Assembly (NCBI GenBank): GCA_963643205.1 | Contig: CAVIJJ010000001.1 | Location: 6,651 to 70,650 of the forward strand | Source of the DNA: a bacterium | Lineage (GTDB): Bacteria; Bacillota; Clostridia; Christensenellales; CAG-138 | DNA length: 64,000 bases | Reading direction: 5' to 3' | Shown here: positions 26,460 to 37,326 of the stretch, piece by piece | Layout: every line of letters starts with the position of its first letter | How positions within the stretch are numbered: the first letter of the stretch is position 1 | Notes under the pieces: generated by a model | Databases searched by the model: none | What the model was told of the DNA's origin: nothing | The model's input: the letters and a program-made list of their open reading frames with translations, nothing else | Program-made: the position numbers and the translations under genes

Positions 26460-27726
26460 ATTCAGGCGCGTAGGCGCATCAAGGGTATTGTTTGCCGTAC
26501 TTGTTTTTGTAATGGCGGCGTTTATATTGCTTTCGTTTTCAAAGGAAACGTTTGACGTTAAGGCCTTTCTTTTTATGGCGCTTACAATGCTCCTTATAAT
26601 GGTTCAGCATATGCTGCTCTGCTTTATCCTGCCGAACGGGGACAGGCTTACGGGTGTACTTGTGGGCTTTTTAATGGGCATAGGCCTTGTAATGCAGTAT
26701 AGGCTCGACGCGGATACCGCGCTTAAGCAGCTTATATTTTCCTGCGTTGGCCTTGTGGCCATGTGCGGAATGATAATGCTTATGAAAAAGCCGATAGTGC
26801 TTATATATTTAAGAATACCCGCGGCGCTTTTAAGCATAGGTATACTTGCGGCGTTGCTGTTTGTAGGCAAGGAGTCCGGCGGAGCGGTTAACTGGATAAG
26901 CATAGGCGGCATATTGTTCCAGCCTTCGGAATTCGTGAAAATCGCCATGATAATCGTGCTTGCAGGAGCCATGGGCGAAAGAACGCGGCTTAAGGAGCTG
27001 GTCTGGCCAACCGTGTTTGCCGTGGCGGTTTGCGTGCTGCTTGTGCTTCAGCGGGATCTTGGCGCGGCAATGCTTATGGCCATGGTGTATATGACCATGT
27101 TTTATGCCGCAACATGCCGCTTGGGCACAACACTTCTCGGCGTTGTCGCCTGCTGCGGGGGAGCGGTGCTGAGCTATAATTTATTTGATCATGTTAAGCG
27201 GCGCGTAGCGGTGTGGCTTGATCCTTGGGCTACGTATTCAACGAGCGGATATCAAATAGCTCAGGGCCTTATGGCAATAGCGTCCGGCGGCCTTTTCGGC
27301 ATGGGGCTCGGCCTCGGTTCGCCCAAGCTCATACCGGCATACAGAACGGACTATATTTTCGCGGTAATTTGCGAGGAATTCGGCATAATATTCGGAATTG
27401 GCGTAATAGCCGTTTATCTCATAATAGTGGTTCGCGGCTGCATGGCCGCGCTGAGCGTTAAAAACAGATTTGTAAGCCTTTGCGCCTTTGGAGCAAGCGC
27501 GCTTTTGGCCGTTCAAACATTCATAATAATTGGCGGCGTAATAAAGCTTATTCCGCTTACCGGCATAACAATGCCGTTTGTCAGCTACGGCGGCAGTTCA
27601 CTTGTTGCCTTTATGATGCTGCATGGCATAATTCAGTCCGCATCGGATATGGGGGCCGGTGAGCTTGAGCTTGCTCTTGAGGTAGATGGTGATGAAGATG
27701 AAGAGAGCGAGGGTGAAGAGGCATGA
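26452..27726 (+). CDS. SEDS family protein (FtsW/RodA/SpoVE)
   Basis: About 10 TMs. Conserved ...SIGGILFQPSEFVKI..., ...TDYIFAVICEEFG... and ...PFVSYGGSS... Acidic C-terminal tail. Overlaps the FHA gene by 8 nt. Confidence 0.9.
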   Translation: MLKFRRVGASRVLFAVLVFVMAAFILLSFSKETFDVKAFLFMALTMLLIMVQHMLLCFILPNGDRLTGVLVGFLMGIGLVMQYRLDADTALKQLIFSCVGLVAMCGMIMLMKKPIVLIYLRIPAALLSIGILAALLFVGKESGGAVNWISIGGILFQPSEFVKIAMIIVLAGAMGERTRLKELVWPTVFAVAVCVLLVLQRDLGAAMLMAMVYMTMFYAATCRLGTTLLGVVACCGGAVLSYNLFDHVKRRVAVWLDPWATYSTSGYQIAQGLMAIASGGLFGMGLGLGSPKLIPAYRTDYIFAVICEEFGIIFGIGVIAVYLIIVVRGCMAALSVKNRFVSLCAFGASALLAVQTFIIIGGVIKLIPLTGITMPFVSYGGSSLVAFMMLHGIIQSASDMGAGELELALEVDGDEDEESEGEEA

Positions 27727-29201
27727 CAGGGCGTAAAAACAGCGGCATAAAGGCAATGCTTGCGGTGTTTATACTTATGTTCGTGCTGCTTGCCGTATAT
27801 CTTGTTTATGTTATAGATGTGTATGGCGCATACTGGTTCGCAAGTCCCTACAATACCAGGGTTACCAAGCAAAAAAGCAGCGTTATCGCCGGAACGATAC
27901 GCGATAGATCCGGCACTATTTTGGCTGAGAGCAATGACGACGGCGCGAGAGTTTACAGCGATGATGAAGAAATAAGGCTTTCCACGTCCCACGCGGTGGG
28001 CGATAACAGCGGCCAGACAATTGGCGCTCAGGCACTTCTTTCAAAGTATCTTCTTGGCTTTGATCAAAATACCGGGGAAAGGCTAAGCTACCTTTTGTCG
28101 GATGAAAAGCGCCGCGGAGAGGACGTTAATTTAACGATAGACTCTGAGCTGAACCGCTATGCGTATCAGATGCTTGGCGAAAATGACGGCGCTGTAATAA
28201 TGATGAACTATAAAACAGGAGAGATTCTTTGCATGACAAGCTCTCCCGCGTTTGATCCCGAAAAAATGGAAGATTACTCGTCCGGTGAGGAAACATTGTC
28301 AGACGGAGCCATGGTTAACCGCGCTACCATGGGCCGCTATACGCCGGGATCCACATTTAAGCTTATAACTGCCGTTGCGGCGCTAAGATATCTGCCGGAT
28401 GCCGAAAATCGCGTATTTGTCTGCGATGGGCCCTTGGCGTTTAACGCATCAACAGGGGAGCGCGTTGATACTGACGAAGCCTTGGACGAAACCGGAGAGG
28501 TTAAGGACAGTTATGTTTTGTTGAGAGATTTTGAGGACGAGGTGCATGGGGAGCTTACCCTAAGCGAGGCGCTTGCTTGCTCGTGCAACCACACGTTTGC
28601 GTGCATAGCGCTTGAAATAGGGGCGGATAAGCTTGTGAAAACGGCTGAATCGCTCGGCATAGGCGGGGAATATTCTTTTGATGAGCTTGTTGCGTACTGC
28701 GGCAGCATGGAAACGCCCGCAACCGATTTTGAACTTGCGTGGAGCGGAGTAGGGCAAAATAAGGATATAATAACTCCCGTGCAGCTCTGCCTTATTACGG
28801 CCGGCATTGCCAACAACGGCGTTGTTATGGAGCCTAAAATATGCCTTAGCGTATCCGATAAAAACGGCAATACACAGAAAAAACTTATAAGTGAAGAATA
28901 CAGGGAACTTTTCAAGGGAAACGAGGCAGAGTTCCTGAAAGAGGCCATGAAAAATGCCGTTGAAAGCGGCACGGGCAAAAGCGCGGCAGTGGAAGGGCTT
29001 ACCGTTTGCGGTAAAACCGGTACGGCGGAGGTTTCGTCATCCGGCAAATTTAAGCCGCACGCCTGGTTTACGGGCTTTATTTCTGACGACGATCACCCGT
29101 ACGCCATAACCGTTATAATAGAAAACGGCGGAGGCGGGGGAAAGGTAGCCGCCCCGACAGCCGCCGAAATAATCAAAAAAGCGATAGAACTTGGTTATTG
29201 A
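27723..29201 (+). CDS. Class B penicillin-binding protein (PBP2/FtsI-type transpeptidase)
   Basis: N-terminal TM. STFK (SxxK), SCN (SxN), KTGTA. ATGA overlap with the SEDS gene. Confidence 0.9.
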   Translation: MTGRKNSGIKAMLAVFILMFVLLAVYLVYVIDVYGAYWFASPYNTRVTKQKSSVIAGTIRDRSGTILAESNDDGARVYSDDEEIRLSTSHAVGDNSGQTIGAQALLSKYLLGFDQNTGERLSYLLSDEKRRGEDVNLTIDSELNRYAYQMLGENDGAVIMMNYKTGEILCMTSSPAFDPEKMEDYSSGEETLSDGAMVNRATMGRYTPGSTFKLITAVAALRYLPDAENRVFVCDGPLAFNASTGERVDTDEALDETGEVKDSYVLLRDFEDEVHGELTLSEALACSCNHTFACIALEIGADKLVKTAESLGIGGEYSFDELVAYCGSMETPATDFELAWSGVGQNKDIITPVQLCLITAGIANNGVVMEPKICLSVSDKNGNTQKKLISEEYRELFKGNEAEFLKEAMKNAVESGTGKSAAVEGLTVCGKTGTAEVSSSGKFKPHAWFTGFISDDDHPYAITVIIENGGGGGKVAAPTAAEIIKKAIELGY

Positions 29202-30334
29202 ACGGAAGTTTTAGCGTAGTACGCAAGCAGCAGGTCAACCATCATGCCGTAGCTTTTAACGCCGTTTTCCTGCTTATTGAATTTAAGATAAGTATCGTTT
29301 ACCGTATCAACCGCTTCCTCCACAGGGCCTTCAAAGCTGTCCCAATAAGCATTGTAGTTCCTTAAATCCCTAAGCATGCCATCGCTGTAGTATCCGCTCA
29401 CAAGCTCGCTGTAAAGATCGGCATCGCTTGCGTATAGCTGATTGGCGCAGTTTATAAGCGCAAGCATCGTGCCTGAATAGCGCACGGAATCGTCAAGCGA
29501 ATATGAGCAGGCAAGGTAGCTTACAAAGTTTGCCTCGTCCTCCCGAGCCACTCCCAGATAATGCGCTGTTTCATGGGCTGCGGAGGACGCTATAAGCAGC
29601 GCCGGCTGGTTAATGTTTACGTTCGCTTCGGCAAAGTAAGGAATATATATTCCGGCAATTCCGCCGTAAGACATGGCTATTGATGTTTTAACGCCCTTTG
29701 CCGGGTATATCGTGCCGCTGAATATTGAATAATCAGCCCCAAGCAGCTTATACGCCGCGGGAATTTTGCTGAATTCGGCGGTACTTCCGTTTTCAAGGGC
29801 GAATACGCCGTTTTCGTCTTCCTTAAGCCCGGCTCTCAGCTCGTTAGCTGATGATGCAAGCTGTTTGCAAAGATCGTTCAATTCCTCAACGGGGCGTTCC
29901 TCAAGCGAAAGCTCCATCCGCTTGTAAAGCGAAGGGCGCATATAGTTGAATCCCCAAGCTAAATAGAATATGGCGAACATAAACGAGGCGAATACGCATA
30001 TCCCCATAATAAAGCTCATCAGCCTTGCGAAGCGAAGCCTGCCGGAAAGTAGTTTCACCAGGAACACCAATATAAGCACTATTGCGGCGATTATAAGCGC
30101 GTATATAACGCATTCTGAAATCGATACACCCCGCGCGAGCGAGGATAAATATCCCAAAGCTTTGCTTATGTAAGGATAAACAGGCGAGCTGTAACATTTC
30201 TCTGTATATTCGGGGTATTTTTCGGCAACTATACCAATGCCGTAAAAGGCCGGCACTATCAGCAGCCACGGCAGTTTCTTAAAAAAGGGTTTCCATTCGC
30301 CCGCGTAGGGGCTTTTTCTCTTTGCAGTATTCAT
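29195..30334 (-). CDS. DUF3810-like membrane zinc-metalloprotease-like protein
   Basis: N-terminal TMs and HETAHYLG (HExxH). Size and layout are typical of DUF3810. Confidence 0.65.
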   Translation of the reverse strand: MNTAKRKSPYAGEWKPFFKKLPWLLIVPAFYGIGIVAEKYPEYTEKCYSSPVYPYISKALGYLSSLARGVSISECVIYALIIAAIVLILVFLVKLLSGRLRFARLMSFIMGICVFASFMFAIFYLAWGFNYMRPSLYKRMELSLEERPVEELNDLCKQLASSANELRAGLKEDENGVFALENGSTAEFSKIPAAYKLLGADYSIFSGTIYPAKGVKTSIAMSYGGIAGIYIPYFAEANVNINQPALLIASSAAHETAHYLGVAREDEANFVSYLACSYSLDDSVRYSGTMLALINCANQLYASDADLYSELVSGYYSDGMLRDLRNYNAYWDSFEGPVEEAVDTVNDTYLKFNKQENGVKSYGMMVDLLLAYYAKTSVQ

Positions 30335-30491
30335 AGCCGTATTATATCACGCGCGTATAGGAACAAATGTTAAATTTTGTTGATATTACTTGGAATGTCA
30401 AATATGTTCCTCTGCAAATAAATGTGGTGAGCGCGGAACGATTATATGGTATAATCTCCTTTGAAGGAAAGAAGAAAAGAGGAGGATGAGT

Positions 30492-31916
30492 ATGAAAGCT
30501 TATCTTGATAAATCCTGGCAGAGCGGCATGAAGCTGCGCCTGGATGTAAACGGCATGATGAGTGAATTTGTGGGCGAGCACGGTTTAACAAGCGAGGATA
30601 TAACCAAAAACTCGGCTCTGTATAATAAAGCGGCTGAATCGATGAAGCAAAAGCGTGCCAATATGAAGTGGCGCGAACTGCCGCATAATCAAAAGGATGT
30701 TGTTGAGCGCATAAAGTCGGTCGCGGAGGATGTTCGCGAAAACTACGACGCGTTTGTGGTGCTTGGCATAGGCGGCAGCGCTCTCGGCCCCATTGCCGTG
30801 CAGCAGGCTCTTAGCCACATGCGTTATAATGAGCTTAGCAAAGAGCGCCGCGGCGGCCCGAAACTCTATGTGGAGGATAATGTGGATCCTGAGCGCATGA
30901 CCTCGCTTATGGATGTGATAGATGTTGAAAAGACCATGTTCAATGTTATCACAAAGTCCGGCGGCACAAGCGAAACAATGTCACAGTTGCTCTTTATAAC
31001 GCGCATACTTAAGGATAAACTGGGCGACAAATGGAGCAAGCACGTAATTGCCACTACCGATGAGGTTAAGGGCAACCTTATAAAAATCGCCAAGGCTGAA
31101 AATATGGAAACGTTTTATGTTCCCGATGGCGTTGGCGGAAGGTTCTCCGAGCTGTGCCCGGTCGGCCTTCTCGCGGCGGCTGTTTGCGGAATAGATATTG
31201 AGGAGCTTCTTGCGGGAGCGGCGTATATGGATGAGCTTTGCTCAGAGTCTGACTATTCAAAGAACATGGCGTATATGGCCGCGATATGCGAGTTTGAGGC
31301 GATGAAGAAAGGCTGCAATATAAGCGTTATGATGCCCTATGCGGATTCGCTTAAATACATAGCGGATTGGTACGCTCAGCTTTGGGCGGAAAGCCTCGGC
31401 AAACGTGCCGACAACAATGGTAATGTTGTGCATACCGGCCAAACGCCCGTAAAATCCCTCGGCGTAACGGATCAGCATTCCCAGGTGCAGCTTTATACCG
31501 AAGGCCCGTTCGATAAGGTAATAACGTTTATAGGCGTGGATAAATACAGAAGCGAAGTGAAAATACCGCATAGCTTTGATGAAATCGCCGATGTGGCGTT
31601 CCTCAGCGGCCATAGCTTCAATGAACTTATAAAGAGTGAGCAGACCGCGACGGAATATGCCGTAACTCGTTCAGGGCACATGAACAAAACCATAACCCTG
31701 CCCGAGGTTAATCCGTTCACCATAGGCGAGCTGCTCTATTTCTTCGAAATTCAAACGGCGTACGCGGGCGAACTGCTGAATATAAACGCGTTTGATCAGC
31801 CCGGCGTTGAAGAGGGCAAAAACGCGACCTATGCTCTGCTCGGCAAGCGTGGATATGATGAAAAGCGCCGCGAGCTTGAAGGCGCAAAGCAGAAGAAGGC
31901 AGAGTATATATTCTGA
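30492..31916 (+). CDS. pgi: Glucose-6-phosphate isomerase
   Basis: VVLGIGGSALGP, ...ITKSGGTSET..., ...GGRFSELCPVGLL... The start could be 30486 or 30492. An extended -10 TGGTATAAT lies at 30447-30455. Confidence 0.9.
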   Translation: MKAYLDKSWQSGMKLRLDVNGMMSEFVGEHGLTSEDITKNSALYNKAAESMKQKRANMKWRELPHNQKDVVERIKSVAEDVRENYDAFVVLGIGGSALGPIAVQQALSHMRYNELSKERRGGPKLYVEDNVDPERMTSLMDVIDVEKTMFNVITKSGGTSETMSQLLFITRILKDKLGDKWSKHVIATTDEVKGNLIKIAKAENMETFYVPDGVGGRFSELCPVGLLAAAVCGIDIEELLAGAAYMDELCSESDYSKNMAYMAAICEFEAMKKGCNISVMMPYADSLKYIADWYAQLWAESLGKRADNNGNVVHTGQTPVKSLGVTDQHSQVQLYTEGPFDKVITFIGVDKYRSEVKIPHSFDEIADVAFLSGHSFNELIKSEQTATEYAVTRSGHMNKTITLPEVNPFTIGELLYFFEIQTAYAGELLNINAFDQPGVEEGKNATYALLGKRGYDEKRRELEGAKQKKAEYIF

Positions 31917-31936
31917 TAAACATACTAAAAAACTGT

Positions 31937-31984
31937 GACCGCTTTGTAAACAGAGACAATAAGCCTTAACAAAGCGGTCGTTTT
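31937..31984 (+). terminator. Intrinsic terminator (long-loop hairpin)
   Basis: 11-bp stem GACCGCTTTGT/ACAAAGCGGTC followed by GTTTT. Confidence 0.65.
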
Positions 31985-32031
31985 AGTGTAAAATCAAACT
32001 TGAATCCATTTGAAGCGGGAGGACGTATTTT

Positions 32032-33192
32032 ATGCTCAAGCGCGTAACGGCGTTGATTATGGCAGTTCTTATGCTGTGCGTTTGCGGATGTGCGAACGAA
32101 AACGGTGATGAGAATGTCACAAACGCTGAAGAAACGACCGACGAACAACAGCTCGGCCAATCGGCTGAAAATACGGAAAACCCGCTTGATGCGCAGGATT
32201 CTTTTCCTATACTCGGACTTATAGTGGATGACGACGGAAGTGACGGCGCGAGGCTGACCATGTACGGCTTTTTGCGCATGGCCGAAACGCTTTGTTACGC
32301 GTCCAAAATATTCAGGGCGAAAGCCGGCGAAAGTGCCGTGGAAGCCGTCAACACCGCTTATGAAGAGGGAATAACGGCGCTGATGATCTATAGCCCTAAT
32401 TCGGCAAATGACGAGGCCGTGAAAAAGGCAGTATCGCTTGGCATGGATGTGGTTGTGCCGTATCATGAGTGCAATGTTGAGGGTATAAAGGTAAATGTTG
32501 TCGCAGACCCGACTGAGTATTATGATGAGCTTGCGCGCGGTCTTGCCGGCAGAATGGAAGAGCGAAGCCTGAAATCCGGCCGCATTATGATTTACGGTAA
32601 GGATACATCCGAGGCTTACGATGCTTTTTGCGCATCTATAAAAGAGAATTATCCGCAGTTTGTCGTATGCGTGTTTGAGCGCACGGCGGCGGATGAAGAG
32701 GGAGCGATAGACGAGCTTGCCGACTTTATATTGAATAACAGGGATATAAAGGGAATATACGCCGTGGATGAGGATGCGGCTCCCATAGCCGTTAAGGCGA
32801 GAAGCCGCGCCCAAAAGCGCTTCAAAAATGAAGGCGCGCCCAGCCCCACTCCAACTCCTGAGGTTACGCCTGCCGCCTCGGCACAGCCTGAATATACTCC
32901 AAACCCCGCACTGCTCACGCAGATTATGATAACCGTTTTCGGAACCGGCTTAAGCGGGGAAAACTACGAGCTCTTCAGCGATAATGATATATACGCCCTG
33001 TGCATAGAGCCTTATTATGAGGCAGCGGCGCAGGGAACAATGATGATGGATAGAATTGTAAGGGGAGAAAGCACGGCAAGCACCGCGCGGGTAAACAGGC
33101 CCATAGTGCATAGCGATACGGCGGATAAATACATTGCCGTATATGAGGCCATGTTAGCGGCGTTCGCTACGGATACGGACGGAAATGTTTGA
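32032..33192 (+). CDS. Lipoprotein with periplasmic-binding-protein (type I, LacI/sugar-binding-like) fold
   Basis: Lipobox LCVCGC. Alternating beta-alpha pattern (ALMIYSPN..., GMDVVVPY, GRIMIYG, GIYAVDEDAAPIAVKA). Pro/Thr linker, then a C-terminal subdomain. RBS GGGAGG. Confidence 0.6.
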   Translation: MLKRVTALIMAVLMLCVCGCANENGDENVTNAEETTDEQQLGQSAENTENPLDAQDSFPILGLIVDDDGSDGARLTMYGFLRMAETLCYASKIFRAKAGESAVEAVNTAYEEGITALMIYSPNSANDEAVKKAVSLGMDVVVPYHECNVEGIKVNVVADPTEYYDELARGLAGRMEERSLKSGRIMIYGKDTSEAYDAFCASIKENYPQFVVCVFERTAADEEGAIDELADFILNNRDIKGIYAVDEDAAPIAVKARSRAQKRFKNEGAPSPTPTPEVTPAASAQPEYTPNPALLTQIMITVFGTGLSGENYELFSDNDIYALCIEPYYEAAAQGTMMMDRIVRGESTASTARVNRPIVHSDTADKYIAVYEAMLAAFATDTDGNV

Positions 33193-34345
33193 TCTTAAAC
33201 TGCTCAAAAGAATAGATTGGTTTACAATACTCTTGGTCGTGGGGCTTGTTCTCTTCGGTCTTATAAGCATTGCCAGCATTATGGCCTCTCCTTTCAGCGG
33301 AGAGGAAAGCTCTATAGGGGATTATACCGAAAAGCTGAACATGGTTTATGTGAATAAGCAGATTGTAAACTTTCTTGTGGGCGCGGCCGCTTTTTTGATT
33401 ATTATAATATTTGATTATCAGCAGGTATTTAAGCCGCTGATAAAGTTTGCGTATATTGGCATAGCCGGTCTGTTGGTGCTGCTCATAGCGCTGGACAAAA
33501 CGCAGCGCGGCGTATCCGGCTGGTTTGTTTTCGAGGCCATAGACCGCGCCATTCAGCCGGGCGAGCTTTGCAAAATATGCGTTATAATCGCTCTTTCAAA
33601 AATAGTGAGTGAGGATATGGATAAGCATGAGGGCAAGCTTAAAACATTTAAGTCTATCGCTTATGCCGCCGCGGTGTGTCTGGGACCAACGCTTCTTATA
33701 ATGGTTCAGCCGGACTTTGGCACTGCGTTTGTTCTTTTGTGCATAATGGTAATGATATTCTTCGTTGCCAAAATATCATGGGGATATATAGGCGCCGCGG
33801 CTGCGGCCGTTGCCGCGGGACTGCCGCTTGCGTACTTCTTTGTCTTTAATGATGACCAAAAGGGCAGAATTACGGCCTTCCTGAACCCGGAGTCCGATCT
33901 TCAGGGAAGCGGCTATAACGTTATGCAGTCAAAAATCGCCATAGGTTCAGGCCGGCTTTACGGCAAAGGATATTTTTCGTCCGGAACCCTTGCTCAGCTT
34001 AGGTTCGTTCCGGAAAGGCATACAGACTTTATATTCGCGGGCATTGTTGAAGGCGTGGGTTTTATCGGCGGCACGATTCTGATAGTTGCATTCTTTGCCC
34101 TGATTTTCCGCTGGATTTGGATTGCCGTGCATTCAAAGGATTATTTCGGCATGTGCCTTGTCGCGGGCTGCGCCGGCATGCTTCTTGCGCACGTTTTTGA
34201 AAATATCGGCATGACAATAGGCCTTATGCCTGTTACCGGCATACCTCTGCCGTTTATAAGCTATGGCGGTTCAAACCTGCTTACGAATATGATAGCAGTC
34301 GGAATTGTTGAAAACGTTTGGATGCGGCGCCCGGAAAAGAAGTAG
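33185..34345 (+). CDS. rodA: Rod shape-determining SEDS protein RodA
   Basis: LKRIDWFTILLVVGLVLFGLISIAS N-terminus, ...QPGELCKI..., ...TDFIFAGIVEGVG..., PFISYGGSN. 8-nt overlap with the upstream lipoprotein gene. Confidence 0.9.
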   Translation: MFDLKLLKRIDWFTILLVVGLVLFGLISIASIMASPFSGEESSIGDYTEKLNMVYVNKQIVNFLVGAAAFLIIIIFDYQQVFKPLIKFAYIGIAGLLVLLIALDKTQRGVSGWFVFEAIDRAIQPGELCKICVIIALSKIVSEDMDKHEGKLKTFKSIAYAAAVCLGPTLLIMVQPDFGTAFVLLCIMVMIFFVAKISWGYIGAAAAAVAAGLPLAYFFVFNDDQKGRITAFLNPESDLQGSGYNVMQSKIAIGSGRLYGKGYFSSGTLAQLRFVPERHTDFIFAGIVEGVGFIGGTILIVAFFALIFRWIWIAVHSKDYFGMCLVAGCAGMLLAHVFENIGMTIGLMPVTGIPLPFISYGGSNLLTNMIAVGIVENVWMRRPEKK

Positions 34346-34396
34346 CTTATGGCGCTCTGAAAAGAGCGTCCGCAAGCACAAGCATACGCTTTTCAT

Positions 34397-34440
34397 AGAC
34401 GCATTTTGCCCTTGATGTATGGGCGAGATGCGTCTTTTTG
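34397..34440 (+). terminator. Intrinsic terminator of rodA
   Basis: AGACGCAT...ATGCGTCT stem with an inner GCCC/GGGC pairing, followed by TTTTT. Confidence 0.7.
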
Positions 34441-34462
34441 TATGCAAGTTCAATATCATTAA

Positions 34463-34612
34463 CGGGAGGGAAATAACACAGGAGTTGTCACTCCTCCCCA
34501 GACCGGTGACAACAGCAGCATGTTCCTTTGGATGGCTCTGCACCTTGTAAGCGGCGGCGCAGACGTGTGCGCGGTGACTTTTGCAAAACGGAAGAATACC
34601 AATGCCGAGTAA
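34463..34612 (+). pseudogene. Orphan 3-prime remnant of an LPXTG-type cell-wall-anchored protein gene
   Basis: Stop-bounded frame with no upstream start. It encodes ...TGVVTPPQTGDNSSMFLWMALHLVSGGADVCAVTFAKRKNTNAE*: a PxTG-like motif, a hydrophobic segment and a basic tail. Confidence 0.5.
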
Positions 34613-34640
34613 CGGAACAAAATTCATATGATCTTCACAG

Positions 34641-34672
34641 GGCGGGCAGGTACAAACACCTGCCCGCCTTTT
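34641..34672 (+). terminator. Intrinsic terminator following the remnant
   Basis: 11-bp GC-rich stem GGCGGGCAGGT/ACCTGCCCGCC followed by TTTT. Confidence 0.8.
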
Positions 34673-34757
34673 ATACAAATATAACGGGAACAATATAACA
34701 CGCAATTATATCATGATTTTTTGCCTAAATCAGGGCAAAAATTAAATTGATGCTTAT

Positions 34758-34786
34758 TTGACAAATCTTTTTGGCGGTAATATAAT
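34758..34786 (+). promoter_or_regulatory. Consensus sigma-A promoter of pyrG
   Basis: TTGACA, exactly 17 bp, then TATAAT. Confidence 0.7.
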
Positions 34787-34800
34787 TCAATATCTTTTGA

Positions 34801-36447
<1,647 letters not shown>

Positions 36448-36470
36448 TAGACTAAAAATCAGGAAATAAT

Positions 36471-36504
36471 AAAGCCCCCGTAATGGCAATACGGAGGCTT
36501 TTGT
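36471..36504. terminator. Bidirectional hairpin terminator
   Basis: AAAGCCCCCGTA/TACGGAGGCTTT stem with one mismatch, between convergent genes. Confidence 0.6.
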
Positions 36505-36525
36505 TTAGAGAAGAAATGAAATTAA

Positions 36526-37326
36526 TTATTGGTCACTGCCTGTATCTATTTCGTATGTAACGGATACGCTGGCGCTTATTTCCAATTCGCCGGTGCTTAC
36601 GCTTACGGATTCAGCTGCCGAGGCGGTGTCGTATGCAAGCGAGTTCGCTTCGTCTGCGTATACGTTTGGTGTGTAGCTCGCGCTGGTCTCATCTATGCTT
36701 ATCGGCACGGCCTTGATGGTTACTCCGAGCGCTTCGGCTACCGCTTCGGCCTTTGCCTGCGCGTCGGATACGGCGGCCTTCAATGCCTGCTGATAAGCGC
36801 CTGAACTGTCCGAAACGGAGAAACTCAGCGAGTATGTGCCGGTAGCGCCGGCGGCTATGGCATCGCTCAGCACTTGGCCAACGCTGTCAATATCCCTTAT
36901 GGTGACCGAAACAGAATTGTTCATGGTGTAGCTTACAACCACGGCGGGGGACTTATCGTAATCGTAGTTTTCGTAAAGCGAAATATTTTCGGTGGCAATG
37001 TCCGCTTCATCAATTCCGTCAGCCTTCAGCGCTTCCAATACGGCTTCCGTAGTTGTGGAGTTTTCGGACTGAGCGGCGGCCGGATCCTCGTTGGTTGTTT
37101 TTACCTGTATGGTTACCGTTGCTATATCCGGCGTGAGCGTGGCAAGGCCGGATCCGCTTACGCTTATTACGGATGCTTTGCCGCCGTCATCCTGGTTTAT
37201 GGTTACCTCCGGGCTGATTACCTGCGGTGTATAGCTTGTGGCGCTCTGGGAGCCGGTTTTGCAGCCGGTGAGCATAACGGCGGCTAAGCAAACGCACGGA
37301 ATTAATGCTGCGTATTTTTTATTCAT
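36526..37326 (-). CDS. SIMPL (DUF541) domain lipoprotein
   Basis: Lipobox LTGC. ...GLATLTPDIATVTIQV... and ...LEISASVSVTYEI are typical of the SIMPL/BP26 family. Start set at MNKKY (37326). Confidence 0.8.
   Translation of the reverse strand: MNKKYAALIPCVCLAAVMLTGCKTGSQSATSYTPQVISPEVTINQDDGGKASVISVSGSGLATLTPDIATVTIQVKTTNEDPAAAQSENSTTTEAVLEALKADGIDEADIATENISLYENYDYDKSPAVVVSYTMNNSVSVTIRDIDSVGQVLSDAIAAGATGTYSLSFSVSDSSGAYQQALKAAVSDAQAKAEAVAEALGVTIKAVPISIDETSASYTPNVYADEANSLAYDTASAAESVSVSTGELEISASVSVTYEIDTGSDQ

Noticed and set aside
29195-29201. 7-bp convergent overlap of the PBP2 and DUF3810 gene ends, with no terminator between them.
   Set aside because: The overlap is real in the sequence but is a common compact-genome arrangement. 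I see no functional implication to support beyond possible transcriptional interference.
34271-34705. 144-aa minus-strand ORF spanning the rodA-pyrG intergenic region.
   Set aside because: It overlaps the rodA 3-prime end and two plus-strand terminator hairpins. It has no RBS and no recognisable family. The region is better explained by the plus-strand sorting-signal remnant.
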